From NCBI GenBank assembly GCA_002381155.1, contig DFQX01000087.1, positions 1,435 to 65,434 on the forward strand: DNA of 64,000 bases, given 5' to 3'. Positions within the stretch are counted from its first letter, which is position 1. Each line of letters begins with the position of its first letter. The translations under genes and the position numbers were made by a program. This DNA comes from Flavobacteriaceae bacterium UBA3478 (GTDB lineage: Bacteria > Bacteroidota > Bacteroidia > Flavobacteriales > Flavobacteriaceae). Positions 36,968 to 48,239 of this stretch are shown here, one piece after another. The notes beneath the pieces were generated by a model, which ran no database searches, had not been told where the DNA came from, and saw only the letters and a program-made list of their open reading frames with translations.

Positions 36968-39019
36968 ATGTCAGACTCAAAAAAACGATATACCCTTACC
37001 GCCGCACTTCCCTACACTAATGGACCTATTCATATCGGGCATTTAGCAGGAGTATATGTGCCTGCAGACATATTTGCACGCTACAAGAGATTACAAGGTC
37101 ATGATGTAGCCTTTATTTGCGGAAGTGACGAACATGGCGTTGCTATATCGATGAAAGCTCGAAAAGAAGGAATCACACCTAAAGAGGTCATTGATACTTA
37201 CGATGCGATCATTAGAAAATCTTTTGAAGACTTCGGAATCTCTTTCGATAATTACTCCAGAACTTCTAGAGACATTCACCATAAAACTGCTCAAGATTTT
37301 TTCACAAAACTCTATGAGCAAAATGATTTCATTGAAGAAACCAGCGAACAGTTATTTGACGCCGAGGCTAATATGTTCTTAGCTGATCGTTTTGTTACGG
37401 GTACTTGTCCTAAATGTCAAAACCCAGAAGCTTACGGCGACCAATGCGAAAAGTGCGGATCTAGTTTAAATGCTACCGATCTGATTAATCCTAAAAGCAC
37501 CCTGAGTGGTGCAACGCCCTCTCTTAAATCAACAACACACTGGTACTTACCCCTAGATAAAAGTGAGGCATTCTTAAGGAAATGGATTCTAGAAGATCAC
37601 AAAGAAGACTGGAAATCAAATGTTTACGGCCAGTGTAAATCATGGATTGATGATGGGCTTCGTCCTAGAGCAGTTACCAGAGATCTTGATTGGGGAATCA
37701 AAGTACCCCTTGAATCTGCAGACGGTAAGGTATTATATGTATGGTTCGAGGCGCCTATCGGATACATTTCATCCACCAAAGAATGGGCAGATAAAAAAGG
37801 CATTGATTGGGAACCTTACTGGAAAGATGAGAACACCTCACTTATTCACTTCATAGGAAAGGACAACATCGTATTCCATTGTATTATATTCCCTGCACTT
37901 TTAAAGGCACATGGAGACTATATACTCCCAGAAAATGTCCCGGCAAATGAGTTTTTAAATTTAGAAGGTCAGAAACTTTCGACCTCTAAAAACTGGGCAG
38001 TTTGGCTTCACGAGTATCTGGAAGACTTTGAAGGAATGCAGGACGCTCTTAGATATGTTTTAACCATTAATGCTCCTGAAACCAAAGACAACGACTTCAC
38101 TTGGGATGATTTTCAGGCCCGAGTAAATAACGAGTTGGTCTCTGTTTATGGAAACTTCATTAACCGAGTAGTTGTTCTGAGTCATAAATACTACGATGGA
38201 ATTGTTCCTGAAGCTGGACCATTAAGTGATGAAGACAAACAAGGATTGCAACAATTACAAGAAGCTCCTTCTGTAATTGAGAAGTCGCTAGACCGATATC
38301 GATTCAGAGAGGCTGCTGGTCTTTTAATGGGTGTTGCGAGATTAGGTAATAAATACCTAGCTGATCATGAACCTTGGAAACTAATCAAATCTGATCCTGA
38401 GCGCGTTAAAACCATCATGAATGTAGCGCTTCAATTAACGGCTGGTCTCGCGTATCTCTCTGAGCCATTCTTACCGTTCTCCACAGAAAAGTTGAAGAAA
38501 ATGCTCAATTTAAAGACTATTGAAAACCCTTTTGAGCACCTCAAATCTACAAGCGTTCTAGTATCTGCAGGTCAAAAACTTGGAACTTCTGAATTACTGT
38601 TCAGAAAGATCGAAGACGCCGAAATACAAAATCAATTAGACAAACTGAAATCAACAGAAAAAGATTCTACCAATATGCAAGAACCACAAAAACCTGCCAT
38701 CAATTATGACACCTTTAGTAGTCTTGATTTAAGAGTTGGTACGATACTCTCTGCTGAAAAAATGCCTAAAGCCGATCGATTACTCGTTTTGAAAGTGGAT
38801 ACTGGACTTGACCAAAGAACCATTGTATCTGGTATTGCAGAGCATTTCTCTCCTGAAGAAGTGGTAGGAAAAAAAGTTTGCGTCCTAATGAACCTTGAAC
38901 CTCGCAAACTTAGAGGTGTAGAAAGTCAAGGTATGTTGCTCATGGCAACAGACCCTGAAGGGAAACTAAGTTTCATGAGCCCTGAAGATGCGGTAACTGC
39001 AGGGAGCCCTATTTCTTAA
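36968..39019 (+). CDS. metG: Methionyl-tRNA synthetase (with C-terminal tRNA-binding domain)
   Basis: Motifs HIGHLAG, Zn knuckle CPKC...CEKC, KLSTSK, and a C-terminal EMAP/Trbp111-like domain. Confidence 0.95.
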   Translation: MSDSKKRYTLTAALPYTNGPIHIGHLAGVYVPADIFARYKRLQGHDVAFICGSDEHGVAISMKARKEGITPKEVIDTYDAIIRKSFEDFGISFDNYSRTSRDIHHKTAQDFFTKLYEQNDFIEETSEQLFDAEANMFLADRFVTGTCPKCQNPEAYGDQCEKCGSSLNATDLINPKSTLSGATPSLKSTTHWYLPLDKSEAFLRKWILEDHKEDWKSNVYGQCKSWIDDGLRPRAVTRDLDWGIKVPLESADGKVLYVWFEAPIGYISSTKEWADKKGIDWEPYWKDENTSLIHFIGKDNIVFHCIIFPALLKAHGDYILPENVPANEFLNLEGQKLSTSKNWAVWLHEYLEDFEGMQDALRYVLTINAPETKDNDFTWDDFQARVNNELVSVYGNFINRVVVLSHKYYDGIVPEAGPLSDEDKQGLQQLQEAPSVIEKSLDRYRFREAAGLLMGVARLGNKYLADHEPWKLIKSDPERVKTIMNVALQLTAGLAYLSEPFLPFSTEKLKKMLNLKTIENPFEHLKSTSVLVSAGQKLGTSELLFRKIEDAEIQNQLDKLKSTEKDSTNMQEPQKPAINYDTFSSLDLRVGTILSAEKMPKADRLLVLKVDTGLDQRTIVSGIAEHFSPEEVVGKKVCVLMNLEPRKLRGVESQGMLLMATDPEGKLSFMSPEDAVTAGSPIS

Positions 39020-39921
39020 TGCTTAAAATTGCTTTCGATTCAATTTATGTTCTAGATCTACCAGAAGATCATAGATTTCCTATGATCAAGTACGATCTAC
39101 TTCCCAAGCAATTGATTCATGAAGGCACCTGTAGCAAAGAGAACTTCTTCTCTCCTGAATTTCTTGATCCTAATGATGCCCTAAGCGTTCATACAGAATC
39201 TTACTTTCGACGATTACTAAATTCAGATCTCACCCCCAAAGAGGTAAGAAAGATAGGATTCCCATTATCTCAACATCTCATTGATCGAGAACAAAGAATC
39301 GCGCAGGGAACCATCCAAAATTGCTATTACGCCTTTAATCACGGAATATCTATTAATATCGCAGGAGGCACACATCACGCCTATGCCGATCATGGAGAGG
39401 CCTTCTGTCTATTAAATGATCAGGCGATCGCTGCATCTCATTTGATTCGCAAAGGACTCATCAAAAAAGCATTAATTATTGATCTTGACGTACACCAAGG
39501 AAATGGAACGGCATCTATCTTTCAAAAGGACCCGTCAGTATTCACATTCTCTGTACATGGAGCGGCTAATTATCCCTTTAAAAAGGAAGAGTCAGATCTA
39601 GACCTTCCTCTTCCTAAAGGATGTAGCGATCTTGAATATTTAGCGCTACTAGATGAGTATCTTGTTCCTTTGATCGAGGAGGTGAAACCTGACTTTATCT
39701 TTTATATCTCAGGAGTAGATATTCTAGAAACTGATCGTTTAGGAACCTTAGGCCTAACCCTTAATGGATGTAAAGAGAGAGACCATAAGGTTCTAAATCT
39801 TGCGTATTCAAAAGGAATTCCTATTCAATGTTCAATGGGTGGTGGTTATTCGAAAGACATACGGGTAATTGTAGAGGCTCACGCCAATCTCTTTCGAATT
39901 GCCCAATACCTTTACGACTAG
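39019..39921 (+). CDS. Histone deacetylase family protein (acetoin utilisation/deacetylase-like)
   Basis: Motifs GGTHHA, IIDLDVHQGNGT and GGGY. Confidence 0.85.
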   Translation: MLKIAFDSIYVLDLPEDHRFPMIKYDLLPKQLIHEGTCSKENFFSPEFLDPNDALSVHTESYFRRLLNSDLTPKEVRKIGFPLSQHLIDREQRIAQGTIQNCYYAFNHGISINIAGGTHHAYADHGEAFCLLNDQAIAASHLIRKGLIKKALIIDLDVHQGNGTASIFQKDPSVFTFSVHGAANYPFKKEESDLDLPLPKGCSDLEYLALLDEYLVPLIEEVKPDFIFYISGVDILETDRLGTLGLTLNGCKERDHKVLNLAYSKGIPIQCSMGGGYSKDIRVIVEAHANLFRIAQYLYD

Positions 39922-40280
39922 AAAATCTCTGATTCTATAGCAGCTTCGGGCTTACCTAAAAGTAATAAATCAGAGCAACGAATTTCTGTAACACGCTTCC
40001 TTTGACCTTCATTGTCGTCATAAGATCGATGCGTAATTCTTCCAGAAACTGCGATCTCCTTGCCCTTCTGAACATACTTCTCTGCAATTTCAGCCTGACG
40101 ATCCCACGCAATGATCGTATGCCATTCGGTTGAAACGGTTCTTTCGCCTGCGGCATTATTGTAAATTTCGTTAGTGGCTAAACTAAACTTTGCAAGTTTC
40201 TTGCCTCCCTGTAGCTCTGTGATTTCTGGGTCGTTGCCAACATAACCTATTAGTTGGGCTTGATTTCTTAGTGCATTCAT
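39918..40280 (-). CDS. ssb: Single-stranded DNA-binding protein (short form)
   Basis: OB-fold N-terminus MNALRNQAQLIGYVGNDPE...TEWH..IAW. It is 120 aa with almost no linker, and the C-terminus is ...ESEIF. Confidence 0.8.
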   Translation of the reverse strand: MNALRNQAQLIGYVGNDPEITELQGGKKLAKFSLATNEIYNNAAGERTVSTEWHTIIAWDRQAEIAEKYVQKGKEIAVSGRITHRSYDDNEGQRKRVTEIRCSDLLLLGKPEAAIESEIF

Positions 40281-40432
40281 AAAATTGATTTTGCTTCAAA
40301 GTTGAATACTGAGGATCTAACTTTTCGTGTTGTAAACGAATAGAAACGTTTAAATGTCCAAGCTCCTATTTTAATAATCACTGAGTGTTATTTGCAGTGT
40401 AGACCTTCTTCTTTGCACCAAATAGATTACAT

Positions 40433-40792
40433 ATGAACAGAGGTTGTAAAGTTTGTAAAGAGCCCTTATTCGGCAGAACAGATCAAAAGTTTTGCAGTGA
40501 TGCTTGCCGGAGTCATTATCACAATCTCAAGAATCAAAAAAAGAATCAGAGCTTTTACAGTGCCCATCGAGCACTTCGAAAGAATTACAAAATTTTAAGA
40601 GGATATGTTAGTCGGGAGTACACAGAGTGCAATATCAGTGAATTGAATCGACAAGGGTTTAGACCCTCTTGTATCACTGAGATAGAAAAAGGACAAAAGG
40701 GTAGCCTGCCAAAATACTATCTTTACGATATTGGGTATCATTTTTTAACCACAGAGAAAATCAAAATATTCAAACGCGCGAAGGTTGATTAA
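40433..40792 (+). CDS. Hypothetical protein with N-terminal Cys4 zinc-ribbon
   Basis: CKVCKEPLFGRTDQKFCSDACRSHYHN (CxxC...CxxxC) followed by a basic region. Confidence 0.5.
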   Translation: MNRGCKVCKEPLFGRTDQKFCSDACRSHYHNLKNQKKNQSFYSAHRALRKNYKILRGYVSREYTECNISELNRQGFRPSCITEIEKGQKGSLPKYYLYDIGYHFLTTEKIKIFKRAKVD

Positions 40793-41534
40793 AATTGGAA
40801 TTTTAGGAGAAGGCTGGCTCGGGAATTATCTCCTCCAAAGACTTCAAGGAAATAGATTCGACGTAACAGGAGCCAAAACCTTTGGATGCTATTTCAGAAA
40901 GAACCAATGGGAAGGTGAACTATCTGCGTTTTTAGAAGGCTTATCCTATTTAATCATTACCATACCAAGTGGCGCTAGCAGAAATACCAGTGACCAAAAA
41001 GAAGGAAGTCTTCTCTTATTCAAACAATTAATAGGCTACCTAACTAAGAATCCGAACCTAACCGTCTTCTACACCAGTAGTATCTCTGTATATGGAAAAG
41101 CGTTAAGAGTAATTGATGAAAATACAGAACTTGACCCGAAAACTTCCTCAGCAAAGGTAATTACCAAAATTGAGCAGGAGTTTGAAAACAGCGCTATCCA
41201 ACGGTTTAATGCATTGCGACTAGGAGGTCTTATCGGAGAAGATAGACACCCTATCTATAGCCTATTGAGCGCGAAGAAAAGTATAGCATCAGATGAACTG
41301 ATCAATTTCATTGACCGAGAAGACATTGTTCAATGTATCCAATGGCTGTTTGATCATCCTCAAGAAGGACCATTAAATCTAGTAGCACCTTTTCATCCCA
41401 ATAAGAAGGAGTATTACACGAGAATAGCCAAAGAAAGAAATTTAGACCTTCCGATTTTTACAGAGGGAGGCATCGCCTCAGAAGTAGTGTCTATAAAACT
41501 ACCCCTAGAACAACTTTGCACTAAGGGAATTTAA
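40785..41534 (+). CDS. NAD(P)-binding Rossmann-fold protein (atypical SDR/epimerase-like)
   Basis: N-terminal GILGEGWLG (GxGxxG). The TTG start overlaps the previous gene by 8 nt. Confidence 0.5.
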   Translation: MIKIGILGEGWLGNYLLQRLQGNRFDVTGAKTFGCYFRKNQWEGELSAFLEGLSYLIITIPSGASRNTSDQKEGSLLLFKQLIGYLTKNPNLTVFYTSSISVYGKALRVIDENTELDPKTSSAKVITKIEQEFENSAIQRFNALRLGGLIGEDRHPIYSLLSAKKSIASDELINFIDREDIVQCIQWLFDHPQEGPLNLVAPFHPNKKEYYTRIAKERNLDLPIFTEGGIASEVVSIKLPLEQLCTKGI

Positions 41535-41995
41535 TCACCGTTTCGCTCCCATTGAAGTGAAATATAGTTCATCAGCCCTTTGTAGGCGTTAAAAGTCGCT
41601 TCTAAGATTGTGGAATCAAATTGACCTTCTGAAAGCTTTTCTTTCAAACGATAAAGTTCGGTTTTAAGGAGATCTAGTCTACTTAAGTATCCTGGGCTTC
41701 CAATCGCATCAGGTTTTTGTTGATTTTCTAAGTTTTCAATACTCTTCAAAGCATTCTCTACCGCTAACAAGAGATCCTCTGAGTTATTTACTTTATAAAG
41801 CGTCTCGTAGGTCTGTGAAAACAATTGAAGTGTTGGCCAATTACGGTAAAGCTCACTACTATTCGAAATATAAATTTCTGGAAGAGTGTCTAGATGTATC
41901 TCTTGTGAAGTTTCAACTAGGATAGGAACTTCTTGTTTTTTGGAGTTACAAGAAAACAGAACTAGTCCTAAAAAGAAAGCTAGAAATCGAATCAT
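41531..41995 (-). CDS. Hypothetical lipoprotein
   Basis: Signal peptide with lipobox LVLFSC. No recognisable catalytic motif. Confidence 0.5.
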   Translation of the reverse strand: MIRFLAFFLGLVLFSCNSKKQEVPILVETSQEIHLDTLPEIYISNSSELYRNWPTLQLFSQTYETLYKVNNSEDLLLAVENALKSIENLENQQKPDAIGSPGYLSRLDLLKTELYRLKEKLSEGQFDSTILEATFNAYKGLMNYISLQWERNGD

Positions 41996-42023
41996 AAGAC
42001 CAAATTACGATAATTGAAAAGAC

Positions 42024-42031
42024 TATTTTTG
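42024..42031 (+). promoter_or_regulatory. -7 box TATTTTTG (epimerase/Tdh-like gene)
   Basis: Matches TAnnTTTG, 24 nt before the ATG at 42056. Confidence 0.4.
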
Positions 42032-42055
42032 TTAGAACAAATTGAAACGAAGAAT

Positions 42056-42982
42056 ATGTCGTCAAAAGTTCTTGTAATTGGTTCTGAAGGTCAAATCGGC
42101 ACAGAATTGTGCTTGGAACTTGAAAAGCGTGATGATATTGTTCTTTATCGCGCAGACATTCGACTACTCACTAACAGTGAACGTCGTTTGTATCGTCTAG
42201 ATGCCACAGACCAAAGAAGTATCAAACAGTTAATTAGTGAACTTCAAATTGATGAGGTTTATCTGATGGCCGCTCTATTGAGTGCAAAGGGTGAAGAGAA
42301 TCCAAAATTAGCTTGGGATCTCAATATGAATAGCCTTCTTCATTTACTCGATCTGGCCAAGGAAGGGCTTTACAAAAAACTCTTCTGGCCTTCTAGTATT
42401 GCTGTTTTTGGACCTGACAGTCCGAAAGTAGACACCCCTCAAAACACCACAATTAATCCAAGTACCGTTTACGGCATCAGCAAGCGTTCTGGTGAATTCT
42501 GGTGCAATTATTATTTTAATAAATATGGGGTAGATGTACGAAGCATTCGTTACCCAGGTCTAATAAGTCATGCAACTGAGCCAGGAGGTGGAACAACAGA
42601 TTATTCGGTAGCCATCATCAAAGAAGCGGTAAGTACTAGAAATTACAACTGTTATCTTAAAGGTAATACCATCTTACCAATGCTATTTATGCCAGATGCA
42701 ATAAAAGCTACGCTAGCCATAATGGATGCTCCAAAAGAATTCATCACCATAAGAACTTCTTACAACTTGGGAGGATTTGAAACGAGCCCTGAACGCATGG
42801 CTCGTTCGATACGTAGATTCATCCCTGATTTCGAAATCAATTACTCGGTAGATTTCAGACAAGACATTGCCGATTCTTGGCCTCAGAGCATTAACGATGA
42901 AAATGCAACCAAGGACTGGGGGTTCCAAGCAGAATACGACCTAGACCAAACAGTTGAGGCAATGATAGAGGCTCTAGGATAA
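42056..42982 (+). CDS. NAD-dependent epimerase/dehydratase family protein (L-threonine 3-dehydrogenase-like extended SDR)
   Basis: VLVIGSEGQIGTEL Rossmann motif and YGISKRSGE (YxxxK). The ATG at 42056 lies behind a TATTTTTG box. Confidence 0.7.
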   Translation: MSSKVLVIGSEGQIGTELCLELEKRDDIVLYRADIRLLTNSERRLYRLDATDQRSIKQLISELQIDEVYLMAALLSAKGEENPKLAWDLNMNSLLHLLDLAKEGLYKKLFWPSSIAVFGPDSPKVDTPQNTTINPSTVYGISKRSGEFWCNYYFNKYGVDVRSIRYPGLISHATEPGGGTTDYSVAIIKEAVSTRNYNCYLKGNTILPMLFMPDAIKATLAIMDAPKEFITIRTSYNLGGFETSPERMARSIRRFIPDFEINYSVDFRQDIADSWPQSINDENATKDWGFQAEYDLDQTVEAMIEALG

Positions 42983-43015
42983 CTGAGAAAAGCAGGCTTT
43001 TAGTACCTTTATATT

Positions 43016-43888
43016 ATGCTTGAATGGTTCAATGTCTTTTGGGAAAGTACAATCGGAGTTATCGATTTTTACAAGCGAAATCTCTTTTTCGAAACCTCAT
43101 GGAGTCAAAACTATTTGTGGGGCCTGTTATTGATTTCGCTACTCGTTTGGGGTCTTGAAATCCTTTTTCCATGGAGAAAATCCCAAGCGATTTTCAGAAA
43201 AGAATTCTTTACAGACCTCTTTCATATGGGGTTCAATTTTGTTTTGTTCAGCATATTCATTTCTGGGTTCTACGCAGTTCTTTCAAAAGCGTTTAATTCT
43301 TTTGGAATAGAACCACAAAACATCGCTATCATTGATATCAAAGGAATACCTGGATGGCTCGGATTACTCCTGTTTTTCATCCTTGTCGATTTCTTCGGAT
43401 GGCTAACCCATATATTTCTCCACAAGATTCCGATTTTTTGGAGGTTTCATAAGGTGCATCACAGTGTTCATGAAATGGGATTCGCTGCACATTTTAGATT
43501 TCACTGGATGGAGAATATACTGTACAAGCCTCTAAAAACCTTAGCCGTTTTACTCATTGGAGGATTTGAGCCCGAGCAGGCATACTTCATTCATTTTGCT
43601 GCCATACTGATCGGTCACCTCAATCATGCCAATATCAAACTAGACTACGGATGGCTTCGGTTCATCTTAAACAACCCAGTGATGCACTTACATCACCATG
43701 CAAAGGATTTACCTCTGAATCACTCCCATGGAGTTAACTTTGGAATCAGTTTATCTATTTGGGATTACCTATTTAGAACAGCCTATATCCCTAACGATAA
43801 CGGAAACCTAGAAATTGGCTACGTCGGGGATGAGGAGATGCCAAAAGGTTTTATTTCTCAACAATTATTCGGCTTTAAAAGAAAATAA
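43016..43888 (+). CDS. Sterol desaturase/fatty-acid hydroxylase superfamily membrane protein
   Basis: Histidine boxes HKVHHS and HLHHH in a multi-pass membrane protein. Confidence 0.8.
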   Translation: MLEWFNVFWESTIGVIDFYKRNLFFETSWSQNYLWGLLLISLLVWGLEILFPWRKSQAIFRKEFFTDLFHMGFNFVLFSIFISGFYAVLSKAFNSFGIEPQNIAIIDIKGIPGWLGLLLFFILVDFFGWLTHIFLHKIPIFWRFHKVHHSVHEMGFAAHFRFHWMENILYKPLKTLAVLLIGGFEPEQAYFIHFAAILIGHLNHANIKLDYGWLRFILNNPVMHLHHHAKDLPLNHSHGVNFGISLSIWDYLFRTAYIPNDNGNLEIGYVGDEEMPKGFISQQLFGFKRK

Positions 43889-44472
43889 TGATTCAAATTG
43901 GGACTACTCTAGTTACTGAGGATCTTATCGAAAAAGACTTCGTTTGCAATTTAAATGCCTGCAAAGGTGCTTGCTGCGTAGCAGGTGAATACGGCGCCCC
44001 ATTAGAATCTTGGGAGGCCGATAAGCTCGAGGAAATACTACCAAAAATAAAGCCTTACTTACGTAAAGAAGGTATTGCGGCTATTGAAGAACAAGGCGCC
44101 TATGTTACCGGAGAAGACGGCGAGCTAGAAACACCTTTAGTCAACGGAAAGGAGTGTGCGTACCTCACCTTTAATGATCAAGGTCAAGGAGTCTGCGGAA
44201 TCGAATCAGCTTACATAGAGGGCACCATCGATTTTCAAAAACCAGTAAGCTGCCATTTATATCCGGTGAGAGTAACAAAATATACTTCATTTGAGGCTGT
44301 CAATTATCACCGATGGGAAATCTGTGATTCCGCTTGCACACTCGGAAAAAAACTAAAAGTTCCTATTTATCAATTCGTTAAGCACGCACTGGTACGAAAG
44401 TTTGGCGAAGAGTGGTATGAAGAATTAGAGAAAGCCGCAGAACTTTGGAAACAAGAAAAGGGTCTTGTTTAA
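43888..44472 (+). CDS. Cys-rich conserved hypothetical protein (DUF3109-like)
   Basis: CNLNACKGACC motif. The family name is from memory. Confidence 0.45.
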   Translation: MIQIGTTLVTEDLIEKDFVCNLNACKGACCVAGEYGAPLESWEADKLEEILPKIKPYLRKEGIAAIEEQGAYVTGEDGELETPLVNGKECAYLTFNDQGQGVCGIESAYIEGTIDFQKPVSCHLYPVRVTKYTSFEAVNYHRWEICDSACTLGKKLKVPIYQFVKHALVRKFGEEWYEELEKAAELWKQEKGLV

Positions 44473-44673
44473 GGGTGAAAAAAGTTTCTAAATTTTTCTT
44501 GAAAAGAAAACCCTAGGGTTTATAGGAACTGAACTCACATTTCAACATTTTCTGTTAAAAACTTATCGGTCAACGAGCCAAAACTCGCTTTACCCAAGGA
44601 GTTTGTTTTTACATCTTTGTTAGTCCCTGGTCTGTACCAGAATCCATCAATTTTAAGAATCAAAAATAAAGCT

Positions 44674-45663
44674 ATGTCGACTGCAGTAGAACCCATTTTA
44701 CAAGACAATCCGGACCGATTTGTAATTTTTCCAATTAAACATCATGACCTTTGGCAATGGTACAAGACTTCAGAAGCCTCTTTCTGGACTGCCGAAGAAA
44801 TTGATCTTTCACAAGATGCGAACGACTGGGAAAATAAACTGAATGACGATGAGCGTTATTTCATTAAGCATATCCTTGCATTTTTCGCAGCATCAGATGG
44901 TATCGTAAATGAGAATCTAGCAGAGAACTTCGTGAATGAAGTTCAGTATTCAGAAGCAAAATTCTTTTATGGGTTTCAAATTATGATGGAGAACATCCAC
45001 TCAGAAACCTACTCATTACTTATCGACACTTACGTTAAGGATGAGAAAGAGAAGAACACTCTTTTTAAGGCAATCGAAAATTTCCCTGCAATTAAGAAAA
45101 AGGCAGATTGGGCACTAAAATGGATTGAATCACCAAGCTTTGCAGAACGACTAATCGCTTTTGCTGCGGTTGAGGGCATCTTCTTTTCAGGAGCTTTCTG
45201 TTCTATCTTCTGGTTAAAGAAGCGCGGGCTTATGCCAGGACTGACCTTCTCAAACGAATTGATTTCAAGAGATGAAGGGATGCACTGCGACTTCGCTGTA
45301 CACCTGCACAATAATCACCTAATTAATAAGGTTCCGACCGAAAGAATCAAAGAGATTATTATTAACGCTCTAGACATTGAGCGCGAATTTATCACTGAAT
45401 CCCTTCCAGCGAGTTTGATTGGTATGAACTCTAAGCTTATGACCCAATACCTAGAATTCGTAACCGATCGTCTTCTTGTAGAATTAGGTTGTGAGAAAGA
45501 GTACAACGCTACTAACCCATTCGATTTCATGGACATGATCTCTCTTCAAGGTAAAACTAACTTCTTTGAAAAGAAGGTGAGTGAATACCAGAAAGCGGGT
45601 GTAAAACAAACTGAAGCTAACACAGACGATAAAGATCCATTTGCATTTGATGCAGATTTCTAA
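44674..45663 (+). CDS. nrdB: Ribonucleotide reductase class Ia beta subunit (eukaryote-like R2)
   Basis: Motifs [22 protein letters not shown], the iron ligands region [10 protein letters not shown], and a C-terminal FAFDADF tail. The ATG at 44674 is preferred over the TTG at 44617. Confidence 0.9.
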   Translation: MSTAVEPILQDNPDRFVIFPIKHHDLWQWYKTSEASFWTAEEIDLSQDANDWENKLNDDERYFIKHILAFFAASDGIVNENLAENFVNEVQYSEAKFFYGFQIMMENIHSETYSLLIDTYVKDEKEKNTLFKAIENFPAIKKKADWALKWIESPSFAERLIAFAAVEGIFFSGAFCSIFWLKKRGLMPGLTFSNELISRDEGMHCDFAVHLHNNHLINKVPTERIKEIIINALDIEREFITESLPASLIGMNSKLMTQYLEFVTDRLLVELGCEKEYNATNPFDFMDMISLQGKTNFFEKKVSEYQKAGVKQTEANTDDKDPFAFDADF

Positions 45664-45703
45664 TTAACACCATTCACCTAGCCAACCCTTAAAACCTTTC
45701 GAT

Positions 45704-48154
45704 ATGCATGTAGTAAAAAGAGACGGGAGACAAGAGCCCGTTATGTTCGACAAAATCACCACGAGAATCCGCAAATTATGCTATGGCTTAAGCCCACTGG
45801 TAGATCCAGTAAAAGTAGCAATGCGTGTTATCGATGGTTTATACGACGGCGTTACTACATCAGAATTAGATAACCTCGCGGCAGAGGTGGCGGCCACAAT
45901 GACCACTACTCACCCAGACTTCGCACAGTTAGCAGCGAGGATCTCAGTATCGAACCTACATAAAAACACCAAGAAGTCGTTCTCAGAAACTATGGACGAT
46001 CTGTTTAACTACGTCAACCCAAGAACCGGTAAGAAAGGGCCGCTTCTTTCTGACGAGGTACACAAGGTGATTATGGATAACGCAGAAAAGCTTGATTCAT
46101 GTATTATCTACGATCGTGATTTTGGTTACGATTACTTTGGTTTTAAAACCCTAGAGCGTTCCTATCTTTTGAAAATCAATGGTAAGATCGTAGAAAGACC
46201 ACAGCACATGTTGATGAGAGTTTCGGTTGGGATTCATCCGAACGACTTAGATGCTGCTATCGAGACCTATGACTTAATGTCTAAGCGTTACTTTACACAC
46301 GCGACCCCAACTCTATTTAATTCAGGAACCCCAAAACCTCAGATGTCATCGTGCTTTCTACTAACCATGAAAGACGACAGTATTGATGGTATTTATGACA
46401 CCTTGAAACAGACTGCTAAAATCTCACAGTCTGCAGGAGGTATCGGTCTATCAATTCACAACATTAGAGCTACAGGGTCTTACATATCAGGAACCAACGG
46501 TACCTCTAATGGTATTGTTCCTATGCTTCGAGTATACAATGATACTGCACGTTATGTAGATCAAGGTGGCGGAAAGAGAAAAGGAAGTTTCGCGATGTAC
46601 ATCGAACCATGGCACGCAGACATTTTTGACTTCCTTGATCTTAAAAAGAATCACGGTAAAGAGGAAATGCGCGCGCGTGACCTTTTCTACGCAATGTGGA
46701 TACCCGATTTATTTATGAAGCGCGTTGAGGCAAACGAAGATTGGACCCTAATGTGTCCTAACGAGTGCCCAGGGTTATTCGACAACCACAGTGAAGAATT
46801 CGATAAGCTATACCTTCAGTACGAAGCCGAAGATAGAGGACGTAAAACCGTAAAAGCACGTGAGCTATGGGAGAAAATCCTAGAATCTCAAATTGAGACA
46901 GGTACTCCTTATATGCTTTACAAGGATGCCGCGAATCGCAAGAGCAATCAAAAGAATTTGGGGACCATCAGATCATCAAATCTTTGTACTGAGATCCTAG
47001 AATACACCTCAGAAGACGAGGTTGCTGTTTGTAATCTTGCGTCTATTGCACTTCCGATGTTTGTGAAGGACGGCAAATTTGACCACCAAGAACTTTTTGA
47101 CGTTACCAAACGAGTAACACGCAACCTCAACACGGTGATCGATCGCAACTACTACCCAGTAGTAGAGGCTGAAAACTCGAATATGCGTCATCGCCCTGTT
47201 GGACTTGGGGTTCAGGGACTGGCTGATACCTTCATCATGATGCGTCTACCGTTTACCTCAGATGAAGCGAAAAAACTAAATCAAGAAATTTTTGAAACGC
47301 TTTATTTCGCTGCCGTAACTGCATCGATGGAAATGGCAATAGAAGAAGGACCTTACAGTAGCTATAAAGGGTCTCCAATTTCTGAAGGTAAATTCCAATA
47401 CGAGCTCTGGGGAATCAAAGATGACGAACTTTCTGGTCGTTGGAATTGGGAAACACTGCGTAAGCAAGTACTAAAAAACGGTGTTAGAAACTCACTTCTT
47501 GTTGCACCAATGCCAACCGCTTCTACGTCTCAGATCTTAGGTAATAATGAGTGTTTTGAACCATACACCTCGAACCTATACACCCGTCGTGTACTATCAG
47601 GTGAGTTTATTGTAGTCAATAAGCACCTACTTAAAGATTTAGTTCGTCTTGGTCTTTGGAATGAAAGCATGAAGCAGGAGCTTATGAGAGCCAATGGGTC
47701 TGTGCAGCATATTGACGGAATTCCGGAGGACATCAAAGAGCTCTACAAAACTGCATGGGAGTTGAGTATGAAAGACATTATAGATATGAGTCGTCACAGA
47801 GGTTATTTTATCGATCAGTCTCAATCGCTTAATCTATTCATGGAAAATGCAAGCTTCAGTAAGCTGACCTCAATGCACTTCTATGCTTGGAAGAGTGGGT
47901 TAAAAACAGGTATGTATTACCTTCGAACTAAAGCTGCTACGGACGCAATCAAATTCACAGTTGATAATACTAAGAAAGCCGCTCCAGTAGCAGTATCTGC
48001 AGAAGCTCAAATTAAAGTAGCTGAACAAGACGCGGCAAGTATCCGCGAAAAAGAAGTAGATGTCGAACCAATGAGCCCTGAAGAGATGAAGGAACTCATT
48101 AGAAGATCGAAAGAGGGTCAAGGAGATGACGACTGTTTGATGTGTGGATCTTAA
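45704..48154 (+). CDS. nrdA: Ribonucleoside-diphosphate reductase alpha subunit (class Ia)
   Basis: ATP-cone N-terminus [16 protein letters not shown], active site SSNLCTEI, and a C-terminal CLMCGS redox pair. Confidence 0.95.
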   Translation: MHVVKRDGRQEPVMFDKITTRIRKLCYGLSPLVDPVKVAMRVIDGLYDGVTTSELDNLAAEVAATMTTTHPDFAQLAARISVSNLHKNTKKSFSETMDDLFNYVNPRTGKKGPLLSDEVHKVIMDNAEKLDSCIIYDRDFGYDYFGFKTLERSYLLKINGKIVERPQHMLMRVSVGIHPNDLDAAIETYDLMSKRYFTHATPTLFNSGTPKPQMSSCFLLTMKDDSIDGIYDTLKQTAKISQSAGGIGLSIHNIRATGSYISGTNGTSNGIVPMLRVYNDTARYVDQGGGKRKGSFAMYIEPWHADIFDFLDLKKNHGKEEMRARDLFYAMWIPDLFMKRVEANEDWTLMCPNECPGLFDNHSEEFDKLYLQYEAEDRGRKTVKARELWEKILESQIETGTPYMLYKDAANRKSNQKNLGTIRSSNLCTEILEYTSEDEVAVCNLASIALPMFVKDGKFDHQELFDVTKRVTRNLNTVIDRNYYPVVEAENSNMRHRPVGLGVQGLADTFIMMRLPFTSDEAKKLNQEIFETLYFAAVTASMEMAIEEGPYSSYKGSPISEGKFQYELWGIKDDELSGRWNWETLRKQVLKNGVRNSLLVAPMPTASTSQILGNNECFEPYTSNLYTRRVLSGEFIVVNKHLLKDLVRLGLWNESMKQELMRANGSVQHIDGIPEDIKELYKTAWELSMKDIIDMSRHRGYFIDQSQSLNLFMENASFSKLTSMHFYAWKSGLKTGMYYLRTKAATDAIKFTVDNTKKAAPVAVSAEAQIKVAEQDAASIREKEVDVEPMSPEEMKELIRRSKEGQGDDDCLMCGS

Positions 48155-48185
48155 TTACTCGCTGCCATAAGTAATTGAGAAACAC

Positions 48186-48219
48186 AAAAAAAGCCCGCAC
48201 CAATGGTGCGGGCTTTTTT
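48186..48219. terminator. Bidirectional intrinsic terminator between nrdA and the convergent oxidoreductase operon
   Basis: A7-GCCCGCACC-AAT-GGTGCGGGC-T6: a perfect 9-bp GC-rich stem flanked by an A-run and a T-run. Confidence 0.85.
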
Positions 48220-48239
48220 ACTTAAACTATTGAAGTCTA

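Noticed and set aside
44473-44673. A riboswitch or NrdR boxes in the long nrdB upstream region.
   Set aside because: I could not recognise any known riboswitch core, and a B12 element is not expected for a class Ia enzyme. I found no NrdR-box-like sequence. Only the 14-bp palindrome was retained, as a low-interest finding.
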